Assembly: GCA_046708705.1 (NCBI GenBank)
Contig: JBKKDD010000090.1
Span: forward strand, 1-46,975
DNA: 46,975 nt
DNA from: Miltoncostaeaceae bacterium
GTDB taxonomy: Bacteria > Actinomycetota > Thermoleophilia > Miltoncostaeales > Miltoncostaeaceae
Reading direction: 5' to 3'
Position numbers and translations under genes: made by a program. Shown piece after piece: positions 9,292 to 17,456 of the stretch. The notes under the pieces were generated by a model. It worked only from the letters and a program-made list of their open reading frames with translations, ran no database searches and had not been told where the DNA came from. Position 1 is the stretch's first letter, and every line of letters starts with the position of its first letter.

Positions 9292-11141
9292 CCGACCGTC
9301 GCGAACGCGGGCCGTGGGTGGGGGATCTCGCCGTATACGGTCGTGCGTTGGCGGGGGATGCGCCCGGCATCACGGATGACCCGACAGAAATCATCTGGCG
9401 TTGCGAGCTGCCCGTGCGCGGCGCCCGCGGCGCGACTGATGTTCTCGTCCATGAGCGTTCCGCCGAGGTCGTTGCATCCGGCCGACAACAGCCGCCCGCC
9501 TCCGGTCAGGCCGAGCTTAACCCACGAGGCTTGGATGTTCGGGATCAGCCCGTCGAAGGCAATCCGCGCCACGGCGTGGATCAGGACAACCTCATCCCAG
9601 GTGGGTCCCGGGCGCGACCGGCCCTGCAGGTAGATGGGCGCGCCCATGTGCACGAACGGCAACGGCACGAACTCGGTGAACCCGCCGGTGCGGCGCTGAA
9701 TCTCTCGTGCGACCTCCAGGTGATTGGCCCATGAGGTTGGTCCGTCGATGTGGCCGAACATCAGCGTGTTGTTCGAACGAAGCCCCAGCTCGTGTGCGGT
9801 GATGTGCACCTCGGCCCACTGGGATGAGCGGATCTTGTCGGGGCACAGGTGCAGGCGCACCCCGTCGTCGAGGACCTCCGCCGCCGTCCCCGGGAGCGTT
9901 CCCAGCCCGGCGTCGCGCAGACGGGTCAGAAGCTCTCGGACCGACACGCCCGAGGTGTGGGCACCCTGCCAGACCTCCAATGCGGTGAACCCGTGCACGT
10001 GCATCTGCGGGAGCGCGGACTTGACGGCGTCGACGATCGCGACGTAGAAGTCCCCCGTGAAGTCCGGGTGAATGCCGCCTTGCAGGCAGACCTCGGTGGC
10101 GCCGAGCTCCCACGCCTCCACCGATCGGCGCACGACCTCGTCGATGGACAGCAAGTAGGGATCGCCTCGCAGGTTGAGGCTTTTCGGGCCCTTCGAGAAT
10201 CCACAGAAGCCACAGCGGAAGTAGCAGAGGTTCGTGTAGTTGATGTTGCGGTTGACGACATAGGTGACGGTGTCCCCGCAGACACGCTGGCGGATTTCGT
10301 CGGCAACCCAGGCGACCGCATCGACCTCGTCTCCTCGTGCGCGAAACAGGCGCTCGACCTCGTCCCGCGCGGGTGGTGTGCCGGCGAGAGAGCGCTCAAG
10401 GATTTCCTTGATGTCCGTTGCAAGGTGACCGATGCCCGCCGCCGCCGCGGCCTCGACCCACGCATGGTCGGGGAACTGCGCCGAAAGGCGTCGCGGCGGG
10501 ACCGGTGGCTCGAGATGCTTGCCGGGTGCCCAGGTGTAGCTCGGCCGGACGGTGCCCGAGCCGTCCAGTTGGTCCAACGCGGCTTTGAGCAGAGGGCGCG
10601 CGAGCGTGGAGCGCATGGCGTCGACGTCGATGCCGATCGGGAAGGGTCCACGCTCGACCAGCTCGACCGCGGCCGCGGTGCGCAGCGCCGCGACCTGGGT
10701 GTCGTCCCATGCAGGTACCACCAGATCGGCGGCGCCGCGGGCGATGGCCAGGAGCGCGTCGTCGAGGGTATCGGCGACGCACTGGGCGGACGTGTCGAGG
10801 CCCGGTAGGGCGCAGAGCGTCACCGCGTCGGGCAGCAGATCGGGTGTGGCGCGAAGAAACGGTGGCTGGACCCGTGCGACGGCGTCCAGGACCTGTTCCC
10901 GGCCGCCTGTGTGGCAGATCGTGATCCGCCACGCCGCCACCCCGCGTGTGGCGAGGGCATGGGCGCCATCGGGTCCGACGGCCCAAGCGGCGGCGGGCGC
11001 GTCCAGATCCACGCTCGCCACGGGAAGCTGTCCAGAGGCGAGCGCACCGGCGACGGTCGCGTCGGTGAACCCGGGCGCCTCGACCACGCGCGCGGGGACG
11101 CGCTCACCACGGCGCACGAACGTGACGCGACGGGTGCTCAT
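9288..11141 (-). CDS. cofH: FO synthase subunit 2 (CofH, radical SAM) with a ~240-aa N-terminal extension
   Basis: NYTNLCYFRCGFCGF radical-SAM cluster motif plus a CofH-like C-terminal body. Start ATG 11141 (MSTRRVTF) overlaps the cofG stop as ATGA. Confidence 0.8.
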   Translation of the reverse strand: MSTRRVTFVRRGERVPARVVEAPGFTDATVAGALASGQLPVASVDLDAPAAAWAVGPDGAHALATRGVAAWRITICHTGGREQVLDAVARVQPPFLRATPDLLPDAVTLCALPGLDTSAQCVADTLDDALLAIARGAADLVVPAWDDTQVAALRTAAAVELVERGPFPIGIDVDAMRSTLARPLLKAALDQLDGSGTVRPSYTWAPGKHLEPPVPPRRLSAQFPDHAWVEAAAAAGIGHLATDIKEILERSLAGTPPARDEVERLFRARGDEVDAVAWVADEIRQRVCGDTVTYVVNRNINYTNLCYFRCGFCGFSKGPKSLNLRGDPYLLSIDEVVRRSVEAWELGATEVCLQGGIHPDFTGDFYVAIVDAVKSALPQMHVHGFTALEVWQGAHTSGVSVRELLTRLRDAGLGTLPGTAAEVLDDGVRLHLCPDKIRSSQWAEVHITAHELGLRSNNTLMFGHIDGPTSWANHLEVAREIQRRTGGFTEFVPLPFVHMGAPIYLQGRSRPGPTWDEVVLIHAVARIAFDGLIPNIQASWVKLGLTGGGRLLSAGCNDLGGTLMDENISRAAGAAHGQLATPDDFCRVIRDAGRIPRQRTTVYGEIPHPRPAFATVG

Positions 11142-12334
11142 ACCGCCACCGGGTATCCGTCGAGGTCGGTGGCCCGATCGAGCCGGGGGCGAAGATGCGG
11201 CGACACCCACACATCGTCATGGACATACTCTGGATAGATCGTGAGACGTTCGCGCAACGCATATCCGGCCTCGGCACACAGCTGCCCGAGCTGCGCCAGA
11301 TCCGGCCACGGCGCCTCCGGGTTGATGTAGTCCGGGGTCAGCGGGGAGATCCCGCCCCAGTCGTTGATGCCACTCACCAGAAGCGGACCGTAGTCGGCAG
11401 AGAGGTTCGGCGGCGCCTGGATGTTCATGGTGGGTCCGAACACGAGGCGCGTGATCGCGCATGCGCTCATCAAGTCGATCAAGCCCGGCTCACCGGCTTG
11501 GCCCATCGGCGTGTCGGGCTTGGCGCGGAAGTTCTGCACGATCACCTCCTGGATGTGCCCGAACTCCTCGTGCAGGTCGCGCAGCGCAAGCAGCGCCTCG
11601 ATTCGTTCGCGGGGAGTCTCGCCGATGCCGATGAGGATGCCGCTCGTGAACGGGATCGCGAGCTCGCCAGCCTTACGGATCATGGCAAGGCGTGTGGCCG
11701 GTCGCTTGTCGGGCGCGTGCTCGTGGGGTCCGCCGGGAGCGCACAGGCGCTCGGCCACCGACTCGAGCATGATGCCCTGGCTGGGTGCGACCTCCCGCAG
11801 CTCGGCGAGTTCCCGCCACGAGAGCACCCCGGCGTTGGGATGAGGGAAGAGCCCAGTCTCCTCGAGCACGATGCGACACATCGCGACCAGGTATGAGTGC
11901 GTGGACTCATGGCCCCAGCGGCGCAGGCGTTCGCGATATGCGGGCCAGCGCACCTCTGGGCGGTCGCCCAAGCAGAACAGGGCCTCCTTACAGCCGAGCT
12001 CGGCGCCGTCGCGGCACACCGCCAGCACCTCATCCGGGCTCATCGTGTGGGCGCGAGGAGCGTCCTCGTCTTGGGCGAACGTGCAGTAGCTGCACACGTC
12101 TCGACAGAGGTTGGTCAGTGGGATGAACACCTTGGGCGAGTATGTGACCCATGCGCCGTGGCCGCGGTCGCGCAGGGTCGCCGCGGCGGCCCACAACGCC
12201 GGATGCTCGGCTCCGCGGGCATCCGCCAGCGCCAGCGCCTGCGACGCAGTGAGCCGCTCGCCGTCCAGGGCGGCCTCGACGGCCGCGCGGATGTGCGGGC
12301 GAAGGCTCGTCAGATCGGGGGTGTGCGTGCTCAT
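11138..12334 (-). CDS. cofG: FO synthase subunit 1 (CofG, radical SAM)
   Basis: LTNLCRDVCSYCTF radical-SAM motif, 398 aa, directly upstream of and coupled to cofH. Confidence 0.85.
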   Translation of the reverse strand: MSTHTPDLTSLRPHIRAAVEAALDGERLTASQALALADARGAEHPALWAAAATLRDRGHGAWVTYSPKVFIPLTNLCRDVCSYCTFAQDEDAPRAHTMSPDEVLAVCRDGAELGCKEALFCLGDRPEVRWPAYRERLRRWGHESTHSYLVAMCRIVLEETGLFPHPNAGVLSWRELAELREVAPSQGIMLESVAERLCAPGGPHEHAPDKRPATRLAMIRKAGELAIPFTSGILIGIGETPRERIEALLALRDLHEEFGHIQEVIVQNFRAKPDTPMGQAGEPGLIDLMSACAITRLVFGPTMNIQAPPNLSADYGPLLVSGINDWGGISPLTPDYINPEAPWPDLAQLGQLCAEAGYALRERLTIYPEYVHDDVWVSPHLRPRLDRATDLDGYPVAV

Positions 12335-13140
12335 CCGGCCGGGTCGGGTCCCTGCCCGGCGCGGAACTTGCGCCAGTCGGGCTTGCGCTTCTCCTGGAAC
12401 GACGCGATGCCCTCTTTGGGCTCCTCGCCGAAGACGTGGTTGAGCGCGACGAGCTCCAATCCGTGTTGGACGGCGCCGTGCAACTGGTCGGTCATGGCGT
12501 TCATCGCGATCTTGGCGAGGCGAAGGCCCTGCGGGGACTTCCGCAGGATCTCATCGCACCAGGCGTCGACCTCAGCGTCGAGCTGGTCGTCCGGGACGAC
12601 CTTGTTCACCAGGCCCATGGCGAGGGCTTCGTCGGCGCTGTACTGGCGGGTCAGGTAGAGGATCTCCCGCGCCTTCTTCTCGCCGACGACTGCAGGCATG
12701 AGTTGGCATCCCCACCACAGCGGCGCCGATCCGATCTTGGGACCCGCCTGTCCGAACCGGCCGGACTCGCCGCTGATCGTGAGATCGCACATGACGTTGA
12801 GCTCGTTCCCGCCGCCGATGCAATATCCGCGCACCTTGACGATGATCGGCTTGCCGTTGTTGCGGATCGCCACCGCAAGACGGTCGTGCAGGTGGTGAAG
12901 CCCACGTTTTTGGCCGGCGGTACGGGTCGGATCGCGGACATCCCCGCCGACGCAGAATGCCTTCTCACCGGCACCGGTGAGCACGATGACCCCGACCGCG
13001 TCGTCGTCGGCCGCGGCCTCGAACGCCTCGCAAAGCTCGCGGATCGTCTGTACGCGAAACGCGTTCAGCCGGTCGGGTCGGTTGAGGGTGATCGTGGCGC
13101 GTCCGCCACCCACCTCGTAGAGGATGTCCTCGAACGTCAC
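12331..13140 (-). CDS. Crotonase-superfamily enzyme, MenB/BadI-like (enoyl-CoA hydratase/isomerase family)
   Basis: ITLNRPDRLNAF, FCVGGD, GGGNELNVMCDLTISGESGRFGQAGPKIGS closely resemble the MenB/BadI branch. The stop overlaps the cofG start (ATGA). Confidence 0.75.
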   Translation of the reverse strand: MTFEDILYEVGGGRATITLNRPDRLNAFRVQTIRELCEAFEAAADDDAVGVIVLTGAGEKAFCVGGDVRDPTRTAGQKRGLHHLHDRLAVAIRNNGKPIIVKVRGYCIGGGNELNVMCDLTISGESGRFGQAGPKIGSAPLWWGCQLMPAVVGEKKAREILYLTRQYSADEALAMGLVNKVVPDDQLDAEVDAWCDEILRKSPQGLRLAKIAMNAMTDQLHGAVQHGLELVALNHVFGEEPKEGIASFQEKRKPDWRKFRAGQGPDPAG

Positions 13141-13347
13141 GCGTCTGCCTCCATGTCGGCGTTCTCCGCGTTCTTGTGCGCGTCAGCCGGAATCCTCGCA
13201 CACGCTCACAAATTGCGGCGTCTCACAAAGTGGGACGCAGATCCACATAGTGGGGAGTGGGCTTGGAAGCCGTGTGGATGATTGGTAACAATCCATGTTC
13301 GTTTCAAAGAGAACAAGACGCAGGATCGAGATGCGAGACATGACCCG

Positions 13348-14256
13348 ATGACCACGTTGTCGCCAAAACGACCGCAGACCGGCCGGTACCGCATCCAATC
13401 GATCGAACGCGCCGTTGCGATCCTGAACGCGTTTAGCGCCGAGGAGCCCGAGCTCGGCGTGACCGATCTGGCAGAGCGCTTGGCGCTGCACAAGTCGACC
13501 GTCCATCGCTTCCTCGTCAACCTCGAGGCCGCGGGGCTGGTCGAGCGAAACCGCCACACCTCGCGCTACCGGCTTGGTCTGCGGATCTTCGAGTTGGGGG
13601 GGCTGGTCCTGCAGCAGATGAATCTGTGGGACGAGGCGCTCCCGTTCTTGGAGGGACTCGTGCGCGACAGCGGTGAGACGGGTCATCTCGCCGTGCTCGA
13701 CGGGGGCGAGGCCGTCTACATCGAAAAGGTCGAGGCGCGACGGGCACTTCGCATCCCGTCGGCCATCGGTCGCGGCTATCCCGCCCACGCCACGAGCCTC
13801 GGCAAGATCCTCCTCGCGCACCTGAGCACGGAGGCACGTGAGGCGATCATCGCCGAACGCGGGCTCGCTCGGTGCACGTCCCGGACGATCATCGACGCTG
13901 AGCGGCTCGCGGAGGAGCTCACACGGATCAGATCCCAGGGATTCGCTGTGGACGAGGAAGAGTATGAAGAGGGGCTTCGATGCGTCGGTGCTCCGATCTT
14001 CAGCCACACCGGACAGGTGGTGGCGGCGATCGGGATCGGCGGACCGGTGACGCGAGTCACCCCCGCGCGCGTCGATGATCTGGCGCAGCTGGTCATGAGC
14101 GCCGCCGTGAGCCTTTCTCGACGAATGGGCGCAGAGCAGTCAGGCGCCTATGCACCGACGGCGCTTCGGGTGAAGACCCAGGAGCGCCGACGCCCTGGAG
14201 GAACCTCCAGCGGCGGGCAGTCCATGGACAACGCACCAACACACAAGGAGCCGTGA
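13348..14256 (+). CDS. IclR-family transcriptional regulator
   Basis: IQSIERAVAILNAFS...LGVTDLAERLALHKSTVHRFLVNLEAAGLV is a wHTH; IclR-type effector domain follows. Start chosen at ATG 13348 (MTTLSPK). Divergent from the crotonase-cofGH operon. Confidence 0.8.
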   Translation: MTTLSPKRPQTGRYRIQSIERAVAILNAFSAEEPELGVTDLAERLALHKSTVHRFLVNLEAAGLVERNRHTSRYRLGLRIFELGGLVLQQMNLWDEALPFLEGLVRDSGETGHLAVLDGGEAVYIEKVEARRALRIPSAIGRGYPAHATSLGKILLAHLSTEAREAIIAERGLARCTSRTIIDAERLAEELTRIRSQGFAVDEEEYEEGLRCVGAPIFSHTGQVVAAIGIGGPVTRVTPARVDDLAQLVMSAAVSLSRRMGAEQSGAYAPTALRVKTQERRRPGGTSSGGQSMDNAPTHKEP

Positions 14257-14262
14257 CACCGG

Positions 14263-15459
14263 ATGGCGACCACCGCCTCGACTGACTTCCAGATCCCGCT
14301 CTCGAGCAGGACGTCGCATTTCGTCCTGCCCAAGCAATGGGCCTCAATGCGCAAGGCCGAGGCGCTCGAACGCGACACCGGCAAGCGCGTGATCCACTTC
14401 GAAAAAGGTGACTTCCAGGGCGACGAGTTCTACCCGGCCCCGCATATCTACGAGGCCGCCGCGCGCGCGGTGCATGAGGGGCATGTGCGCTACGTCCCGG
14501 GCCCCGGCATGCCGGAGCTTCGCGACGCGATCGCAGAAGAGGCCACCAAGCGCGGCCGGCCGACCACGCGAGAAGAGGTGCTGGTCACGATGGGCGCCAA
14601 ACATGCGCTCACCCAGTCGCTCTTGACGCTCGTCGACCAGGGGGACGAGGTCATCTTCCCGAATCCAGGGTATCCGCCGGACGAGTTCTGGATCACGTAC
14701 GCCGGCGGCAAGACCGTCTACGCACCGCTGATCGAGCCGGACTTCCACTTCGACCTCGACGCGCTCGAGGGGCTGATAAACGAGAAGACGAAGCTGCTCA
14801 TCATCAACTCCCCGCAGCGGCCGAACGGGATGTGCGTCGGCCATCTCGCCGAGATCGCCGAGCTGTGCAGGAAGCACAACGTCATGGTCCTCACCGACGA
14901 GATCTTCAGCCACATGGTCTATGCCCCGTCCGAGCACAAGACGATCGCGGCGGAAGAGGGGATGGCCGACCGTACCATCCTCGTCGACACCTTCTCGAAG
15001 ACCTACATCATGACCGGGTTTCGCATCGGGTGGTGTGTCGCGAGCACGGAGATGATCACCGCGATGGACATCTTCCAGCAGAACTCGGTCACGAACGTGC
15101 CCGCCTTCGTGCAGATGGCCGCACTCGCCGGTATCACCGGTCCGCAGGAGCACGTCATCGAGACGACGACGCGGCTGCAGGCCAAGCGCGATCGCATGGT
15201 CAGCGCGTTGAATGCGATGCCTGGTGTCGACTGCCAGACGCCGGACGGATCGTTCTACGTGTTTCCGGACATCCGCGGGACCGGGATGACCGCGCAGCAG
15301 TTCGCCGACTACATGATCGAGGAGTGCCTGGTGGGCGTCGTCGCAGGCTCCGCGTTCGGCGACCGCGGTGAGGGCCACGTGCGGGTCACCTACGCCGCCC
15401 CCGACGAGGTCATCGACGAGGGGATGGACCGGATGGCGAGGGGCCTCGCCAACCTCTAG
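14263..15459 (+). CDS. Class I/II PLP-dependent aminotransferase (aspartate/aromatic type)
   Basis: DTFSKTYIMTGFRIGW carries the PLP lysine motif. NPGYP and INSPQRPNG motifs. 398 aa. Confidence 0.8.
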   Translation: MATTASTDFQIPLSSRTSHFVLPKQWASMRKAEALERDTGKRVIHFEKGDFQGDEFYPAPHIYEAAARAVHEGHVRYVPGPGMPELRDAIAEEATKRGRPTTREEVLVTMGAKHALTQSLLTLVDQGDEVIFPNPGYPPDEFWITYAGGKTVYAPLIEPDFHFDLDALEGLINEKTKLLIINSPQRPNGMCVGHLAEIAELCRKHNVMVLTDEIFSHMVYAPSEHKTIAAEEGMADRTILVDTFSKTYIMTGFRIGWCVASTEMITAMDIFQQNSVTNVPAFVQMAALAGITGPQEHVIETTTRLQAKRDRMVSALNAMPGVDCQTPDGSFYVFPDIRGTGMTAQQFADYMIEECLVGVVAGSAFGDRGEGHVRVTYAAPDEVIDEGMDRMARGLANL

Positions 15460-15482
15460 GGATGACGGTCTCACGTTGGTTG

Positions 15483-15512
15483 AGGGCGCCCCGAACCGGG
15501 CGCCCTTTTTTT
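15483..15512 (+). terminator. Rho-independent terminator after the aminotransferase gene
   Basis: AGGGCGCCCcgaaccGGGCGCCCT stem-loop followed by TTTTTTT. Confidence 0.7.
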
Positions 15513-15584
15513 GTCATGTGTGTCGTGGCCTGCCAAACCGTAGGCTCTCAACACTCGATAACGACCTGACCGAAGGAGACGAGC

Positions 15585-16040
15585 GTGGCTGAAGAGCGCC
15601 TGTTGTGGGAGGACCTGAACCCAGGGGACGAGGCCGTCTCCTTGAACCGGACAGTGACCGAGGCGGACATCGTCAACTTCTGCGGAGTCTCCGGCGACTT
15701 CAACTGGTTTCACATCGATGAGGTCCGTGCGAAGGAGTCGGTGTTCGGCCAGCGCGTCGCGCACGGCATGCTCGTGACGTCGATGGCGACGGGTCTTCAG
15801 GTGGAGAAGATGGAGCCGAAGATCGCGACGGCTGCGTTCGTGGGCCTCAAGGAATGGGCGTTTCGCGCGCCGGTGTTCATCGGTGACACGATCCGTGTCA
15901 AGCGCACGATCGGGGAGAAGTCCGAGCACAAGAACCCTGCCCAGGGGTGGTGCATCTACGAGATCGAGGTCCTCAACCAGGAGGACAAGGTGGTGCAGAA
16001 GGGGCAGTGGAACATGTTGATCCGTCGCAAGGAGGCATAG
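15585..16040 (+). CDS. MaoC-like (R)-specific enoyl-CoA hydratase, hot-dog fold
   Basis: FCGVSGDFNWFHIDEVRAKESVFGQRVAHGML motif, 151 aa. Confidence 0.8.
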   Translation: MAEERLLWEDLNPGDEAVSLNRTVTEADIVNFCGVSGDFNWFHIDEVRAKESVFGQRVAHGMLVTSMATGLQVEKMEPKIATAAFVGLKEWAFRAPVFIGDTIRVKRTIGEKSEHKNPAQGWCIYEIEVLNQEDKVVQKGQWNMLIRRKEA

Positions 16041-16077
16041 CCCGACGCAAGGCGTCAGTTCGGCGCAAAGCTGGCTG

Positions 16078-16103
16078 GGAGGGCGCCCGATGGGGCGCCC
16101 TCC
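16078..16103. terminator. GC-rich hairpin between convergent genes (possible bidirectional terminator)
   Basis: GGAGGGCGCCCgatGGGGCGCCCTCC read directly. No clean T-tract. The core AGGGCGCCC...GGGCGCCCT is shared with the hairpin at 15483. Confidence 0.45.
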
Positions 16104-16109
16104 ACATCA

Positions 16110-17456
16110 TCAGGAGCGACGCGGCGGGCGTCCGTCTGCGTCGGCAAGCTCCGGGTGCCAGCGGCGAAAGTGCTCGTGGTGCTGTGGGGTGAGGGCGCCG
16201 GGCGGGTAGTGCTCCTCATAGAAGTCCGGATCGACGTGCTGGGCCTGACAGGTCAGGCGCTGGTACATCGGGTCGATGTAGGCGGGGAAGCGCCCATAGG
16301 TGTCGTGCACGTACTGGCAGTAGTCCTTGACGCGGTCGATCGTCGCCTGGTCGGGTCGCTGGATGTGGCGGATGATCTCGTCGGGCGCGGTATAGGCCTT
16401 GGGTTTGTCCGCGTCGTACTGCGACCACTTGACCGCGAGAAACGCATCCACCGCTTCGTGCATGTTGGCGTAGTACGGGGGCGTGAACGCCTCGTAGATG
16501 CCGTCACGGCCCACCGGGGCGCTCGGTCCGCGTACGGCGTCGGCGAACCGGAATCCCAGACCGGCGACGTCCATGCCGCCCAGCACGAACCGGGCGATGT
16601 ACCCGGTGTAGGTCCACCCGCCGAGTCCCAGGCACTGAAGCGCCAGGTTCAGGTTGTGGCAGATGAACGCCTGCTCGACGACCTGCATGGAGAGGACCCG
16701 CTGCTCCAGGTCGATCATTCCCATCTGGCGGACCGGGTCGCAGTCGCCGGAGTCGATCCACTTCTGAAGACCCGCCGAGGCATATCCGGCCTGCTCGTCG
16801 ACGATCGAGAACTTGTACTCGGGCGACAGGTAGATGAACAGCAGGTTGATGTACTCGAGGGTCATGTTCGACACCGGCACGAACAGCGTCGAGCCGGGCT
16901 TGTTGGCGTTCCAGTGGTTGAACACGAACAGGCCAGGGAGTCCGGTGGGAAGCTCGGCGCGTGAATCCGAAAGCCGTACCTTGGCGCGGTTGGTGAGCTC
17001 CAGGACCTTCTCCACCTGCGCCTCGATCGACTTGCCGGACAGAGTGGAGATCTCACCCGGTTCGGGCAGCAGCTTCCACATGTCGAGGAAGAACAACCCG
17101 TCGTCGTTCGTGAAGAACAGCTCGGTGCCGTGGTTGGAGCACGACGACGGCCATGTGCGCGCCGTCCACTGTACGAGCGCGTCGGCGCCCTGGGTCGGGT
17201 CGATGTCGGCCAGGTTGAGGCCGTTGAGGCCGGTGGCAGCCATCAAAAGCAGCGCCTCTTCGGCTTCTGACAGCGGGATCGGCTCGTACGGGCTGGTGTA
17301 GGCGAGCGGCCCGGTCGTGATCTCCATACCCAGGGCCACACGACGGCTCTTTCGGTCCCACACCGCCTGGAAGAACGGGTAGTTGAGCCCGTCGATGACC
17401 CCTTCGGGGTTGTCGACGAGGCTGGCGAGGGCGGGGTTTGACGGGGGCGGGTTCAC
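16110..17456 (-). CDS. Large nitroreductase-fold protein (two-lobed, SagB/ThcOx-like by eye), function unknown
   Basis: WDRKSRRV...PLSEAEEALLLMAATG and FICHNLNLALQCLGLGGW resemble nitroreductase-superfamily signatures. GTG start overlaps the ACAD stop (GTGA). Confidence 0.5.
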   Translation of the reverse strand: MNPPPSNPALASLVDNPEGVIDGLNYPFFQAVWDRKSRRVALGMEITTGPLAYTSPYEPIPLSEAEEALLLMAATGLNGLNLADIDPTQGADALVQWTARTWPSSCSNHGTELFFTNDDGLFFLDMWKLLPEPGEISTLSGKSIEAQVEKVLELTNRAKVRLSDSRAELPTGLPGLFVFNHWNANKPGSTLFVPVSNMTLEYINLLFIYLSPEYKFSIVDEQAGYASAGLQKWIDSGDCDPVRQMGMIDLEQRVLSMQVVEQAFICHNLNLALQCLGLGGWTYTGYIARFVLGGMDVAGLGFRFADAVRGPSAPVGRDGIYEAFTPPYYANMHEAVDAFLAVKWSQYDADKPKAYTAPDEIIRHIQRPDQATIDRVKDYCQYVHDTYGRFPAYIDPMYQRLTCQAQHVDPDFYEEHYPPGALTPQHHEHFRRWHPELADADGRPPRRS

